The translations under genes and the position numbers were made by a program. Source: Rhynchobatus australiae (Eukaryota). Taken from it: a stretch of DNA of 64,000 nucleotides. Below are positions 25,101-38,514 of the stretch, piece after piece; the stretch's first letter is position 1; each line of letters starts with the position of its first letter. The notes beneath the pieces are model-generated. The model was not told the origin of the DNA. It made no database searches and worked only from the letters and a program-made list of their open reading frames with translations. Where the stretch lies: assembly GCA_034780895.1 (NCBI GenBank), contig JAUZTB010000065.1:12991396-13055395 (forward strand), read 5' to 3'.

Positions 25101-25873
25101 ATGCTGCTTTTGAAAAGAACACAGCTTATCTAATTCAACTGCATTTTCCCCAGCCTAACCCTTCAATTTTCTAATCAAAATCTATCATTCCAAGTTAATA
25201 TAGTCAACAGTGAAGCATTCACAGTCCTCTGGGATAGAGAATTCCAACCATCCAAAACTCTGAAGGATCTTCTTTCCATTTCAGTACCAAACAGCCAACC
25301 ACTTAACCTGAGGCTGTAACTCCCTGGTTCTACACTCCAGACACAATGAGTTGCCTCTCCACACCTATTCTAGGCAGAAAGGGAAAATTCTTTGGAATTA
25401 CTGGATAATCTGGTAACTAAAGTAATTAACAAGCAATTCAATCTGTTTATCATCCTGGGAAGTGTAACCAATACATTAAATATAGTGGAGATACTTATGG
25501 ATACTTGGGAGATGGAAAATGAAAAATCTAGATTAGGAAATGATTTTCAATTTAAGAATACTAGAATTCTTTGCAAGAGTATTAAAGGATATGGAGCAAA
25601 GACAGAGTTAAGCTCAATTTTGAAGAATAGCAGGAACAACACCAAGACTGCAATAGCCTCTCCTTTTTCAAAAGATCACCAAAGTCAAAATGTTACCTTC
25701 ACTTTTCCCTTTCAGATGCAGGTCGACTTCCTGTTTGTTTACTGATCTAAATTTCCAACATAATTTCAGCTGCCTGTTTTCCATGTTTTACTTAATGATG
25801 GTTAGAAAATAGGGCATGTACACAAGCAAGGTGTCAAATATCAGTGGCTGGAAGTACAGCTAGCAGTACTTAC

Positions 25874-26013
25874 AGCTTTAGCAAAAACTCCCATAAGTTC
25901 TGGAAACTGGTGTGTGAGAAGTGCCAACATCGCAGTGAATGAACACAGCCCTGCTGTGAACAGGATGAAGAATGGGAGCTCCTTCTTCGGATACACTGAA
26001 ACTTCATGGAAAG
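25874..26013 (-). CDS. ST7: ST7 penultimate coding exon (approx. exon 15), 140 nt: (S)[46 protein letters not shown], includes the C-terminal hydrophobic/TM segment
   Basis: Acceptor ttttgtttctgtctcctcag|CTTTCCATGAA and donor GCTAAAGCT|gtaagt. Peptide lies inside ORF 25841..26050. Residues ([24 protein letters not shown]) fit ST7 rather than ST7L as recalled. Confidence 0.97.
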
Positions 26014-26192
26014 CTGAGGAGACAGAAACAAAACAAAAACAGCCATTCACTTTAAAAATGCTTTTTAACTGCTTTTGAATAACAAATTCTCTTTATAAAT
26101 ATACATGTTTGTTCATGGGGCTGAGTTACATTGAGAAGGCTCATTTATTACCCATTTCTAGTTGCTCTAGAGGAAGGTAGGATGGGCCTTCT

Positions 26193-26400
26193 CAGAATCA
26201 GAATTATCATAGGCTTGTTTGTTGTTTTGCGGCAGCAGGACCAGTGCACAGACATAAAATTACTATAAATTACAAAAATAGTGCAAACAAAAGAATAGTG
26301 AGGTAGTGTTCATGGATCATTCAGAAATCTGATGGTGGAGCAGAAGAAGCTGTTTCTGAATCGTCGAGTGAGGGTCTTCAGGTTCCTGTACCTCCTCCTT
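26193..26400 (-). mobile_element. Rex-Babar-type LINE 3' tail
   Basis: Minus reads ggaggaggtacaggaacctgaag...cgattcagaaacagcttcttc (GRRYRNLK...RFRNSFF) and ends in ttctgattctg. Confidence 0.65.
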
Positions 26401-27307
26401 GAACTAGTTTAATCCTTGTGATGATGGTTAGCAAGTCCAGATCACTGACAATCAAGAAATATTTTTAAGTTATTTCAGCTAACAACTACCGCTTTTTGTG
26501 GGGGAGAGACCTATACTTCCATTTGTTATGCCTGGAATAAAGCTCCTCAATGACCTACTTCTGGTCTAAAGTCCTTTGGCCTTTAAAAACTATTACCCTA
26601 GAAATTCCTTTCAAAATCTTAAAGTAAGACCTTGGTTAAACAAATCCTTAACCTTTTACATTCCAGAGACTACAGGCCAATTTTATACAATTTCTGCTCA
26701 TAACCTAACCCTTGGAGCTCTGGTAACGTGCTGTAAATCTACAATGCCCTTTTTCCCCAAGGCCAATTAATCCTCTCTAGTACTGTACACAATATTCCAG
26801 ATGCAGTCTAACAGGACTTCACAAAACAGTAACAAAACCTCTTGCACTTTATGTTCTAGCCCTCTAGTTATAAGGCCTAACATTCTATTACCACCTTATA
26901 TTAATTTCTGTGCCTGGCCATTAAAAAAGGATGGATTTTTGTGGCGAAGAGTTGTATTCATTAGCCACTTGCAAGGTAATGTTTTAGGAAAGCACTCAGA
27001 CCCAAGCCCGGTAGTCTCACTTATTTCCACTTTCTTCTGAAGGGAGACTAGGGAGAAATCCACCTGTCTTCCTAATTCACAAAAGCAACAGCAATTCAAA
27101 CATTATTCTACTCCAAGATATTCATCCTAAATACACTTTTCTGAATTGCAACTGTACTTACACAAACACATTGATTAACTTTGTAAGAACTAGTTTAAGA
27201 AAACAGATGAACAATGTATATAGCAGGATTAAAAAAAGACCTTCATGGCCAGAACTGCCTCATAATGCTGTTATGACCACTCAGGTAAGGAACAGTTCTT
27301 CTCTGTT

Positions 27308-27632
27308 ACAGAGTCAAAGAGAGATACAGCAATAGAAACAGGCCCTTCAGCCCACTAAGTCCACGCTGACCATCAAGCACCAATATACTAATCCTACAAT
27401 AATCCTGGTTTTATTATTCTCCCCACATTTCACCAACTTCTCCCATATTCTATCACTCACCTACATACTAAGGACAATTTACATCAGCCAATTAACCTAC
27501 CAACCTGCACATCTTGGGGATGTGGGAGGAAACCCATGTGGTCACAGGGAGAACATGTAAACTCAACAGATCAGGATTGAACCCAGGTCTCTCGTGCGGT
27601 GAGGCAGCAGCTCCTCTAGCTGTGCTACTATG
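27308..27632 (-). mobile_element. V-SINE (HE1-like) with a CR1-derived tail
   Basis: Same family as 9650-9975 (aattaacctaccaacctgcacatcttgggg...cacagggagaacatgtaaact...caggattgaaccc). Confidence 0.8.
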
Positions 27633-30600
27633 GGTTAGTTGCTATGGCTTAAAAAGTAAAATCTAAATCAAAACACTACTTGACAGCAGACCACAGTGCT
27701 AACACTTCTGCCATAGGCATTTTTCAATGCAAATACAAAGTGATTTTTGGTGCAAGTAGCAGTCACGTTCTGGTCCATGGTGCTACCATATCATAATCAG
27801 AATCTCCCTGTAGATTGATGTGGTGGGAACACAATCAAACAGGAACAAATTGTTTCCAGTCCGTTACCCTCTGTTCTAAACAGCAAGTCACACACACCTG
27901 AAATGCTGACCTGAGCCTTATCTTCCAGATGCCAATGAACTGATTATTTATGTCCAATACTATCGGATTTCTTTCTGACTCCTTAATTTTCCTTGATTGC
28001 TTGAAAGTATTGTTTCATAATCTCAGATAGAATTATAAAATACCCTTAAACCACTTTTCTTTTCCATTTCTGGTCCAAATATTTTCAGAGAAGCACTGAA
28101 TACAATGGTGCAATACAATTTGTAAACCTACATTTAATAGTGGAAATCAATTTTAATTTTTTCCAACCGCGTTCTGGCTAGTAGTCAGTCAAATAGAAAG
28201 ATCTATGGGGCAGGAAGATCGCACCTGGGAGGTGGGTGAAAGAGATGGTGAGAGAATAGTGGTGCATGATGTAAATCACATGTCTGATAGATTGGGGCAG
28301 GGGAGAGATGGAGGACAAAGCCTGGAAAAATGATTGGTGTGGGGTGCTGGTTTGGTAGCACAAGGTCTAAGTGGGGAAGGATTGTAGTATGTTGAACTGA
28401 AGGGGCAAAGGGAAGGAAGGGTGTGGCAAGGTAGCTGATGGTCTTGTGTGTCCTGGGAGAATGGGCCTGTAGTCATTCAAACAGCTACAAATTTTATAAA
28501 TGGAATATTAAAATATTTAAAACAGAAATCTATATTTGTATTTTGAAACCCCCTCAATGCTTACTGGTATTTTTCCCATCTTTATTTTTTAAGCCAGTGA
28601 AAGGAAGGAGGCTCATATTCTCTCTTTTTCATCCATTCTTTCTTGACACTTTTCTGGAGCCAAGCTAAACAGTGAGCAACAAAGTGGCTGTCCAGATTCT
28701 CGATTGAAGTAGTCCTATCATGCTTATTTTCTCAAAGAAAATGACAAACCTTTAAAAACCACAGGCATCCAAGATTATTTAATTTTCAGACAATCAGAGT
28801 TTCTGACATTTGTGCAAGTCTAGAAATCTAGACTGAATAGAGATCAGAAACCAAAGTTTGTATAAATTAAACTATTAGATCTTCCTAAGAACTTCACTGG
28901 CAGTAAAGCTTTTGGGATATTGATGTGCTATATAAATGCAGATTATTTCTCTTGCAGTTCAAGGTCTGGTGTGTTAATAATTGACCACAGTGATCAATGT
29001 TGTAGCTGAATGCAAAAAGATTGAGTTCCCCAACACTATTCATATCTTATAGACCTTTAAGTAGCAATCCAGGAAGGCATAGATAGATGAAAAAAAACAA
29101 CCGTTAACTAGAGATATTTGAAGCGACATAGAATGGGAAAAATAGGATACAAAACTAAACATTACAGGAATAGTGGAGCAGGAACTTGGGATTGAGATCC
29201 ATGAATTTTTAAGTTGCAAACATAAATCAAAGTGGCTCTTGAATTTTAAAAAGGGACAAAAACAGAGAAGGGGTGTTTTGGTTATTAGGAGAGACCAGAG
29301 AAACTGGGCCACCATTCCTCCTGGCAGGAAAGATGAAGAGCTGGAGGTTTTCAGAATTATGGGGGAAGTTAATAAGTAAGATAAAAATAAACTCCCTGTG
29401 TCTGTCATCAGGAGCAAGAGTGAATAGAATACTTTTTAAATAGTTTTTGTTTAGGATGTGTAAGCCTTGGCCTGAGACAGTGCTGAAGTAGAAAGATTAG
29501 TTTTGAAAATGTTTAAACAGGAATGGGGACAAATTGTGGCTAAGGAAATAATTTGTTCAGAGTGCTGGCACAGGCATAAGAGCTGGTCCTCATTCAGTGA
29601 TGGAAGATTCGATAACCATAAAGTATTGTGAGCTGTGGTGAGAAGGCAGTGGTGTATATTGAACAGGAAAGTCCATCACTTGTACACCTCTGTCCCAATG
29701 AGAAAAACATATCTGAAATACTGACCTAGAATAATCTTACAAGAAAAATGACAGGGAGATCAACATTACGTTTTCTGTTACAAACTTGTTTGTGGTTGTA
29801 ATTTTTGTTTAAAGCAGGTACTTTAGAAGAATTGGGGCAGTGGTACAGGATGGATGCCACAATTTTCTTTCCAAGCAATAATATCTTCTTTTGGCCATTT
29901 TGGTTAGAATGTGGATATTCAAGACACATAATAAAGATGTGTTTAAAGGGAAGCAATATAAAAGAGAAAGAAAAAGAAGAAAAAGAAAAAAAAAAGAAAG
30001 AAAAAGAAGGATGTGGCGAGACAGTGAGATGACATTTGTTAGGAGGAGGATCTTGTGTCCAGTTGAGTCAAATGGCCACTTCCTGTGCTTTAAATTCTAT
30101 ACAAGCTGATGAGTGTGTATTTGGCTGAAGAAGTTCATAAGCATNNNNNNNNNNNNNNNNNNNNNNNNNNNNNNNNNNNNNNNNNNNNNNNNNNNNNNNN
30201 NNNNNNNNNNNNNNNNNNNNNNNNNNNNNNNNNNNNNNNNNNNNNNNNNNNNNNNNNNNNNNNNNNNNNNNNNNNNNNNNNNNNNNNNNNNNNNNNNNNN
30301 NNNNNNNNNNNNNNNNNNNNNNNNNNNNNNNNNNNNNNNNNNNNNNNNNNNNNNNNNNNNNNNNNNNNNNNNNNNNNNNNNNNNNNNNNNNNNNNNNNNN
30401 NNNNNNNNNNNNNNNNNNNNNNNNNNNNNNNNNNNNNNNNNNNNNNNNNNNNNNNNNNNNNNNNNNNNNNNNNNNNNNNNNNNNNNNNNNNNNNNNNNNN
30501 NNNNNNNNNNNNNNNNNNNNNNNNNNNNNNNNNNNNNNNNNNNNNNNNNNNNNNNNNNNNNNNNNNNNNNNNNNNNNNNNNNNNNNNNNNNNNNNNNNNN

Positions 30601-31339
30601 NNNNNNNNNNNNNNNNNNNNNNNNNNNNNNNNNNNNNNNNNNNNNNNNNNNNNNNNNNNNNNNNNNNNNNNNNNNNNNNNNNNNNNNNNNNNNNNNNNNN
30701 NNNNNNNNNNNNNNNNNNNNNNNNNNNNNNNNNNNNNNNNNNNNNNNNNNNNNNNNNNNNNNNNNNNNNNNNNNNTAAAACCACAAACCCTTTTACTGCT
30801 GCAGTATGCCAAGAATTTTCAATGCAAACTGTCTCAACTTTTTTTTTTACTTAATTACTGAAGAAAAATTCAAAGCTAAAGCTGCAGATATGATCGTGGA
30901 AACAGCATTTTTCAGTGATTTTCTTCAGAACTTGATAAACTTTAACTTAAAACAATTTCAAATTTCTATAGTGTGTCCTTTCATGCATGATGTCCCAGAG
31001 CTGTGCACAGCAAGGGAGAGGTGGACCAAAAGTCAAGAGAGAGGGGAAATGGGCAGGTGAGCACTCAAAAGCAAGACTGAAGAGAAAGGTGGGTGAAAAA
31101 GTGGAGGAATTTAGGGATGGACTTGGGGGCACAATGTTTAAAAGAGCAACGTGCCAGTGGTACAGTAGAGTTGATGACTGAGGGCACAATTCCAATAGGG
31201 ATGTTGGATCAAAGATATCTGGAGATACATGCACATAGTTTGTTGAATGTAGCTGGCTAGGTTGAGAAAGTGATTACAACAGAATGTGGGATCGAGGCTT
31301 CATGTATAAAGTACATGAGCAAGAAAACTATGAAGAATT

Positions 31340-31645
31340 CAGTCATACAGCATGGACACAGGTCCTTTGGACTAAGTCTACGCTGATCATCCAACACCCA
31401 TTTACACTATTGTACATTCATCCTATGTTTTTACTGCCCCCACATCAACTCCCCTCAGATCCTACCACTAACCTACACATTATGGGCAATTTACAGTGGC
31501 CAATTAACCTACCAACCCACACAACTTCAGTACATGCGAGGAAACTGAAACCGTCACAGGGAGAATGTGCAAACTCCACACAGAGGCACCCAGGGTCAGG
31601 AGGGAACCTGGGTGTCTGGCACTGACCTGTCACTTTATGGAGCAA
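31340..31645 (-). mobile_element. V-SINE (HE1-like)
   Basis: cacagggagaatgtgcaaactccacacag V-domain plus CR1-like tail. Confidence 0.8.
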
Positions 31646-31869
31646 TCTAAAAATAGGGATTTAAGACAAACAAGATCTTAAGGGGTTTTTTTTGAGTGTT
31701 GTAAATCTTTAGAACTCTTTTCCTCAAAGGCAGAGGTAGATAGACACTTATTAAGGGGCTACCGAGGGTAGATTGCAATGCAGAATTAAGATTAAAATCA
31801 GATCAGCCATTATATTAAATGGAAGAACAGAGTTGAGGGGCCAAATGGCCCAATTTTTATGTTCGTACA

Positions 31870-33240
31870 TAACATTGAATGGGCTGCACTTGGAGCATTG
31901 TGTCCAGTTCAGGGCATGGTACTATAGGAAAAATGTGAAGGCTTTAGATAGATACACAAGAGATTTACCAAAACAATTCCAGGGATGAGGAAGTTATGTG
32001 GATAAACTGGAGAAGCTGGGATTGTTCTCCTTGAAAAAATGGAGGTTGCAAGATCTGATCGAGGCATTTAAAATCATGGAAGTTACAGACGGAGCAGTGA
32101 GAAATTAATCCCATTGGGGGAGGGGTCATAAATCTAGGGACAGTGAATTAAGATGAGTAGCCAGTGGTTAGTTCCTTGAATGCATTGTCAGGGGTAGTAC
32201 TAGATGAAGACTCGATTGTAGCATTCAAAAGGGATCTGAGTAAGTATCTAAAAACAAAGAATTTGCAGGGCAAAAGGGAAAGGGAACTAGTTGGATTGCC
32301 CTTATGTACAGCCAATATAGACTTGACAAGCTGAATAGCTTACTGCCATGCTGCAACCATTCTGTGATTTTGAGGATGTGTGTTCAAGCAGAATTTGGAA
32401 AATTCAGAAGGAACTTCCATCTGTGCATTGATTAAAGAAAATATGTATAGATTTGTTAAATGACAATTTTATTTTGATGAAGTAACTGAGAGAGACACAA
32501 TGGGAAATGCAGCTGATATGGGATATATGGACTGAAAAGGTGTTTGATGAGGTCCTGTATAATAGATTTTTAATTAGGATTGAAGTCAATAGAATAAAAG
32601 GAAATGGAGGAGCATGTCCACGGAGTAAAAGGGATTGAATATTGGATGATAATAGTAAATAGTATTATGTTGGCTGAATAATAGTAAACAGTAGAGTGGA
32701 AGTTTTTTTTTGGACTGGAGGGAAGTGTAGCGTGAGATTCCCTTGGGGTTGATAATGACACCACTGCTTTTCTCCATCTATAATAATGACTTGGGTGTAC
32801 AGGACAAAAACTGCAAGACTGAAGATGATACAGAACTTGGAAATATTGACTTCAAGGAGATAGTGTTGAATGGGCTGATAGGTGGCACATTAAGTTTAAT
32901 GCTGAGAAATGCAGTGCTACATTTTAATAGGAAGAATGAAAAGTGGCAATATAAGCTAAAGGGCAACATTCTAAAGTGGGATACAAGAAGAGAGAGATCT
33001 GGGGGCTATGTGTGCATAGCTGATTGGAAGCGGAAGGGTAGGTTAAGAAAGTTGTTGAAATAGCCCAAGGAACCCAGGGCTTTATAAACACAGGGAAAGT
33101 GTACAAGACCAAGGAAGTCTTTAATGATTCAGCCAACTTAATAATGTTGCATCCCATTCTTGGTGCCATACTTCAGGAAAGACGTAAAGGTCAGCGAGGG
33201 CACAGAAGAGGACTAATGGATGAACGACTTCAGAGATATT
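31870..33240 (+). mobile_element. Cluster of old CR1 LINE fragments
   Basis: HLEHCVQFRAWYYRK (ORF 31773..31988) and PLLFSIYNNDL...EDDTELG, a degenerate RT YADD region (ORF 32743..33063). Confidence 0.75.
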
Positions 33241-33771
33241 GATATCGCTGCTGTTTATTAATATCTTGGCTGATTATAGCCTCGATACCACATTTCTAGT
33301 AACCACATTGACCTTTAATTTCCTTGCTTATCAAGTATCTATCTACTCTGCCTTAAAAATATTCAAAGACTCCTGCTTCTACCTTCAAGGAGGAGAGTTC
33401 CAAAGACTGTTGTGAATACTTGGGAAGAGCTGCCTCAGGAGGTAATGGAGTTTTGGTCCACCTCTCCTTGGCTCTGCAGAGCTATGGGATGTCCTGCATG
33501 AAAGAACACACTATAGAAATTTGAAATTGTTTTAAGTTAAAGTTTATCAAGTTCTGAAGAAAAGGTATTTAGACAGGTATATGGATAGGAACGGTATGGA
33601 GGGACAAGAATAAAGGCAAAAGAACCTAAATTGACATGAGAAAAACATTTTTATGAAACAAGTGGTTAAAGTCTGGAATGTACTGTTGGGATGGTAGTGA
33701 AGGTAGATTTAATTGCTATGTTCAAAAAGATCTGGCTAAGTATGGCTAACTGGCTAATCAACACTCAAAAC

Positions 33772-34040
33772 ATGGCTTTCAGGTAATGTTTGGGAAGTTC
33801 AAGGGAGATGTCAGAGGGAGGTTTTTCGCCCAGAGAGGTTTGTGCATGGAATGCGCTGCCTGGGGTGGTGGTGGAGGCTGATACATTGGACAAGTTCAGG
33901 AGATTGTTAGATAAGCATATGGAGGAATTTAAGATCGAGGGATATGTGGGAGGAAGGGGTTAGATAGTTTTAGGTGTGGTTTGAAGGTCGGCACAACATG
34001 GTGGGCCGAAGGGCCTGTATTGTGCTGTATTGTTCTATGG
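33772..34040 (+). mobile_element. Young CR1 3' end nested in an older CR1 tail
   Basis: ggagatgtcagagggaggtttt...gggccgaagggcctgtattgtgctgtattgttctatg. Confidence 0.8.
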
Positions 34041-34319
34041 TATCGAAATGAAAGAATTTGCATGGCTATGAGCAGAAGGTAGGGAGCAGAACTAGCTGGA
34101 TTGTTCTTACACAAAGCTGGTACAGACTCAATGGATGGAACAGCCTCCTTCCATGCTATAAGTATTCTGTGACATTGTGCAGCACTATAGTATTCATTTA
34201 CTTTCTAGTCAATGAATTACTTCTGAAGTATATTCTGATAAACTGGGCATACAATTTGCACATAGCAAGAGCTTGCAAAAGACAAATGACCAGTAAATCC
34301 ATTTGTTTTTGGGTTCATA

Positions 34320-34500
34320 AATAAAATACTGCAGATACTAGAAATCTGAAATTAAAAAAAACAGAATATGCTAGAAATCCTCAGCCAGCATCTGTAGGGG
34401 GAGGAAAACATAGTTTACATTTCAGGTCATCAACCCAAAACATTAACTCAGTTTCCATTTCCACTGATGCTACTTTTTAACATTTCGTGTTCTTATTTGT
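34320..34500. mobile_element. Head-to-head pair of Penelope-like pLTR remnants inserted in a DeuSINE-like element (~34200-34720, minus)
   Basis: A minus-oriented copy (ctgcagatactagaaatctgaa...gcatctgtag...catttcaggtc) abuts a plus-oriented copy (cccaaaacattaactcagtttcc...gatgct). Confidence 0.55.
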
Positions 34501-35010
34501 CTTGTGGTATTGACAGAGGATTAAATGGTGTTCAAGATATTGGGGAACTCGCCTGCCCTTTACAAAATATAACCATATTGTTTTCTGTTCACTGATGAAG
34601 ACTGAGACACAATTCAACATCATCCAGAAAAAGACATCTCCCACAGTGGGATACCCTCAAAACTACACTCAGTGTTAGCCTGGATCATGTGCTGAGTGCT
34701 AAGGGAGAGAATGAGGGGATTGTGAGAATTTGCACAAGTCAGAACAAAGTTTATAAGAATTAAAATAAAATGCAGTTTGCAGAGAACAGCAGCAACTAAG
34801 GAAATGTGAACCTTGAGATGAGAAAGTTATGAATCGGGGTTTCAGCAGCTTTGAAGTTGGGATTGGCACAGATGGAGAAGGAACACAATAACATTTTATT
34901 ACTTTATTAAAACATGACTTTTATTTAAAATTCTATTAAAGGTTCTGCTAAATTAGAGAGAAAAGCAATAATCTTCATCAAGGTATAAAAGGTTGAATCG
35001 TAAAACGTAC

Positions 35011-35103
35011 ATGGCAATAACTCTCGGTCTGCTGTTTCTGTGCAGCTGGGATATGGATAGAAAAGATGACCTTTCTCCAAGGGATATGGGATCATTCGAA
35101 AAG
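35011..35103 (-). CDS. ST7: ST7 internal coding exon (approx. exon 14), 93 nt: (T)[30 protein letters not shown](S)
   Basis: Acceptor ctactttcag|CTTTTCGAATG and donor TTGCCAT|gtacgt. Phase 1/1, compatible with both neighbours. Peptide lies inside ORF 34925..35296. Confidence 0.97.
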
Positions 35104-35431
35104 CTGAAAGTAGAACAGTAACACAGATAAGATACACGGTATTCAGTATAATAAACCACAGATGTTTCTGCAATGCCACAATCTCCAGTGTGAATGTTTC
35201 TCTTCTTGTGAGATTCTGGGTATTAGCGATCAGCGTGAAAAAGGGTCTGGTTTTACATAACTGACCCTCCGACATGGTAAACTTGACACATGCCATGTGT
35301 GTTTATGAATAATTGAGCATACACTGTCTACACAACTTGATGTAATCAAGGAGCCAATCACAATACCAAAGTCAGTTATTGCACACATTAATTTTATCTT
35401 TGCTCATGTTATCCTGCAACTTTAAAACTTT

Positions 35432-35630
35432 ATTTATATAGCATGGTACCAGGCCCTTACAGCCCAATGAGTGCGCACAACCCATTTAAACCCATGTTAA
35501 CCTACTCATATATTTTTTTTAATATGGAAGGAAACTGGAGTACCTGGAGGAAACCCACGCAGACACAGGGAGAACGTACAAACTCCTTACAAACAGCGGC
35601 AGGAATCGAACCCCGATTACAGTGCTGCCC
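35432..35630 (-). mobile_element. V-SINE
   Basis: ggaaactggagtacctggaggaaacccacgcagacacagggagaacgtacaaactcc...ggaatcgaacccc (B-box on minus). Confidence 0.85.
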
Positions 35631-36319
35631 TTATGGTGAAACAGAGCAGTGTGGTGTAGAGCAGTAAGATTTACCTAAAAACAAAACTTATCCCGCCTAC
35701 AGGATATTTTCAACTAGTTTCAAGATTTCAAACATCTCACTGAACAGCACAGGCAAACAGTTGATGTAAGAGTAAGCAATGAAAAGCAATGCTTTAANNN
35801 NNNNNNNNNNNNNNNNNNNNNNNNNNNNNNNNNNNNNNNNNNNNNNNNNNNNNNNNNNNNNNNNNNNNNNNNNNNNNNNNNNNNNNNNNNNNNNNNNAAA
35901 AGCAATGCTTTAAGCCAACTATCTTAGAATGGATAGAGTGGGCCAATTTTCATCTCTCCCTCCAGTCAGAGCCACTCTTGGGCATCCATGGTATTTTGGA
36001 ACCCAGTGGAATATATGCTGTGAAAAAGAGAACCAGAGGAAAATGGATGGTTAGAATTAGAATGGAGGAAGGGGCGAATGCCATCACTAAAATAGATGGC
36101 AGGAAAGGAGGGACATAACACACACACAAACAAAGGTATAAATGTGATGGTATGTGTGCCAAATAAGCAAAATATGCAAAACTGCACTTTTGAGTAGGAA
36201 TAGCCAGACTCAACTTTCCAATTTAATAATCGTTTAGATACAATCTGCTCTCTAATTGTAGCACACAGATCTGGTTTCAGAAGTTTGCACGCAGATCAAG
36301 TTACCTAAATGCTATGTAG

Positions 36320-37370
36320 TCAACAGGTTAGAGATGGAGCTAATACATTGACATGGATTGAAAGTTAATTATTGACAAAAAGAGTGAGAATAAGAGGACC
36401 TTTCTCAAGCTGGCAGGTCGCAACTCGTGGGTGCTGCAGGAATTGGTGCTTATGCTCCAGCTAGTCACAATCCAGATCAACAGTTTGGCTGAGGGGGCCA
36501 AGTATCATATTTCCAAGTTTACTGATACAGAATCAGGTGGGTTGGAGAGTAGGGAAGAGGTTATAAAGAGGCTTTGGGAGGATAGAGACAAGCCAAGTGA
36601 GTGGACAAGAACATGACAGATGCAACACATGGGAAAAAAGTGAAGCCATTCACTTTGCTGAACAGAAGGAAAAGCAGAGAATTTTTTCTTAAATGGTGAG
36701 AGATTGGGTAATGTTGATATTTAAAGAGACCACATGTCCTTGTACACAAATCACTGAAATTGGCAAACAATTAGAAAAGCAAATGGTAAACTGCTGTGTA
36801 TTATGAGAGGACTGAAGTAAAGATGTCTTATTACAAAAATGTAGGGCCTTAGTGAGACTGAATGTGGTAGTTTTGGTCTCCTCACCTAAAAGAGGAAATC
36901 CCTGCCATAGATGTACAGTAGTGAAGATTCACTAAACTGGCTTCTGGGATGGTAGGTTTGCTGTATGAGGAGAGACTGAGCAGACTAAGTTTATATTCTC
37001 TAGATCTAGAAGAATGAGAGGGGGATCTCATTGCAACTTACGAAGTTCTTCGAGGACTCAACAGGCTGGATGCAGGGAGGATGTTTCCCCTGGACGAGGA
37101 GTCTAGAACCAGGGTTACAGTCTCAGAATAAGGTCATTTAGGACTGAGATGAGGAGAAATTTCTTCACAGAAAGGGTGGTGAACATTTGGAATTAGTTAT
37201 TCCAGAGGGCTGTACAGGTTCAGTCATACCAAAGACTGATAGATTTCTGGATATTAAGGGGATAATGCAGGAAAATGACACTGCTCAGGGTCAGCCATGC
37301 TCTTGATGAATGGGGGAGCAGGCTTGATAGGCCAAATGGCCAGCACCTGCTCCCCTTTCTTACATTCTTA
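36320..37370 (+). mobile_element. CR1 LINE fragment (RT core to 3' UTR), decayed
   Basis: ORF 36431..36616 has ISKFTDTESGG (degenerate SKFADDTKLGG). Later tctagaaccagg and a CR1 3' UTR ending acattctta. Confidence 0.85.
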
Positions 37371-38514
37371 TATTTTATGTTCTTTAAAATCCTGTGCACA
37401 CATTGATTTTATAGGAATACTTCAAAGGAACAAAGAGTAAGGGGGCAACATGTACAACTAATACCTATATTTGTGTACTTTCGTAAATCATCCCAACCTG
37501 TGGGTCACAACAATAACTGGGGCTACATTTGTCCTGTCATGTTGTTTTGGTGGTCGGACCCCACACATACCCACTGCCAGACTGGCTTTGCCTCTCCCAT
37601 GTGATACATATACGAACATATGAATCGGGAACAAGAATAGGTCGCTCAAGCTTGCTGCACCATTTAATAAGATCTTGGCTNNNNNNNNNNNNNNNNNNNN
37701 NNNNNNNNNNNNNNNNNNNNNNNNNNNNNNNNNNNNNNNNNNNNNNNNNNNNNNNNNNNNNNNNNNNNNNNNNNNNNNNNCCTATCCTCATAATTCAGTG
37801 GGCCTTGCCTTTCCAATCCTGCTGCTGGACCATGCCTCCGTACTGTCAGACTCTTATCTCCAGTCTCATTATTGGGTTACTTCTTCCGCAATTGCACTAC
37901 TTCTCCACTCTCACCGTCTCAATAGTGAAAGTCTACATATATGCCTACTCTGCCAACAACTGCAGATAAGGATGCAAGTTTCAAACCACGTTATCAGAGT
38001 AGCTCATACCATTTGCAGAGTCAGAGCTCCGAGTCACGTGAGCAGGAAACAGTTGGAAAGGATGCTGGGCACATTTCCTGGAACTCAAGTTCCCACAGAT
38101 TCTCATATATTGGTATGATTTATGCACCAGATTTGACAGTACATCTGTGTGGAGAACACAGATTTTCAATAGAATGTTAGCATTTGCACCCAATACATCA
38201 CATTGTTGAGGCATCAATGTGTCCAGAAAGCAGGACAAGGATGCAATCAGCGCTTCCTCTCGGTCTGTGAAACTCCTAGCTTACTAACTTGGAACGAGAA
38301 ATTTTGGTCATCTGCTCAAATGCTGCCTGTTGACTCAGTGTTAATTTTTGTTTGATAATTTCCCCGAGATAAAACTGGGGATATTTGCTGTGATGAATGG
38401 TTGTTCCCACCGTCTTACGTTTCGTGTCCAGTTAAGTATTTAACATGGAAGAATATCTTCCCTGGCCACCAAACTTCAGAATTACAAGCTGAAGGTATTA
38501 GCCCACTCCAGATA

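Noticed and set aside
25841-25873. Read-through of the penultimate ST7 exon giving ...[13 protein letters not shown]
   Set aside because: A perfect GTAAGT donor is present, so the extension is simply intron sequence, and there is no evidence for retention.
29940-30012. KEKEKEEKEKKKK-type ORF
   Set aside because: A/G low-complexity tract with no splice or homology support.
22572-30861. Long ORFs of 200-320 aa in the ORF track here and at other gaps
   Set aside because: They consist almost entirely of X from N gaps and are artefacts.
35781-35914. Direct repeat aaaagcaatgctttaa on both sides of a 100-N gap
   Set aside because: Most likely an unmerged contig overlap rather than a target-site duplication.
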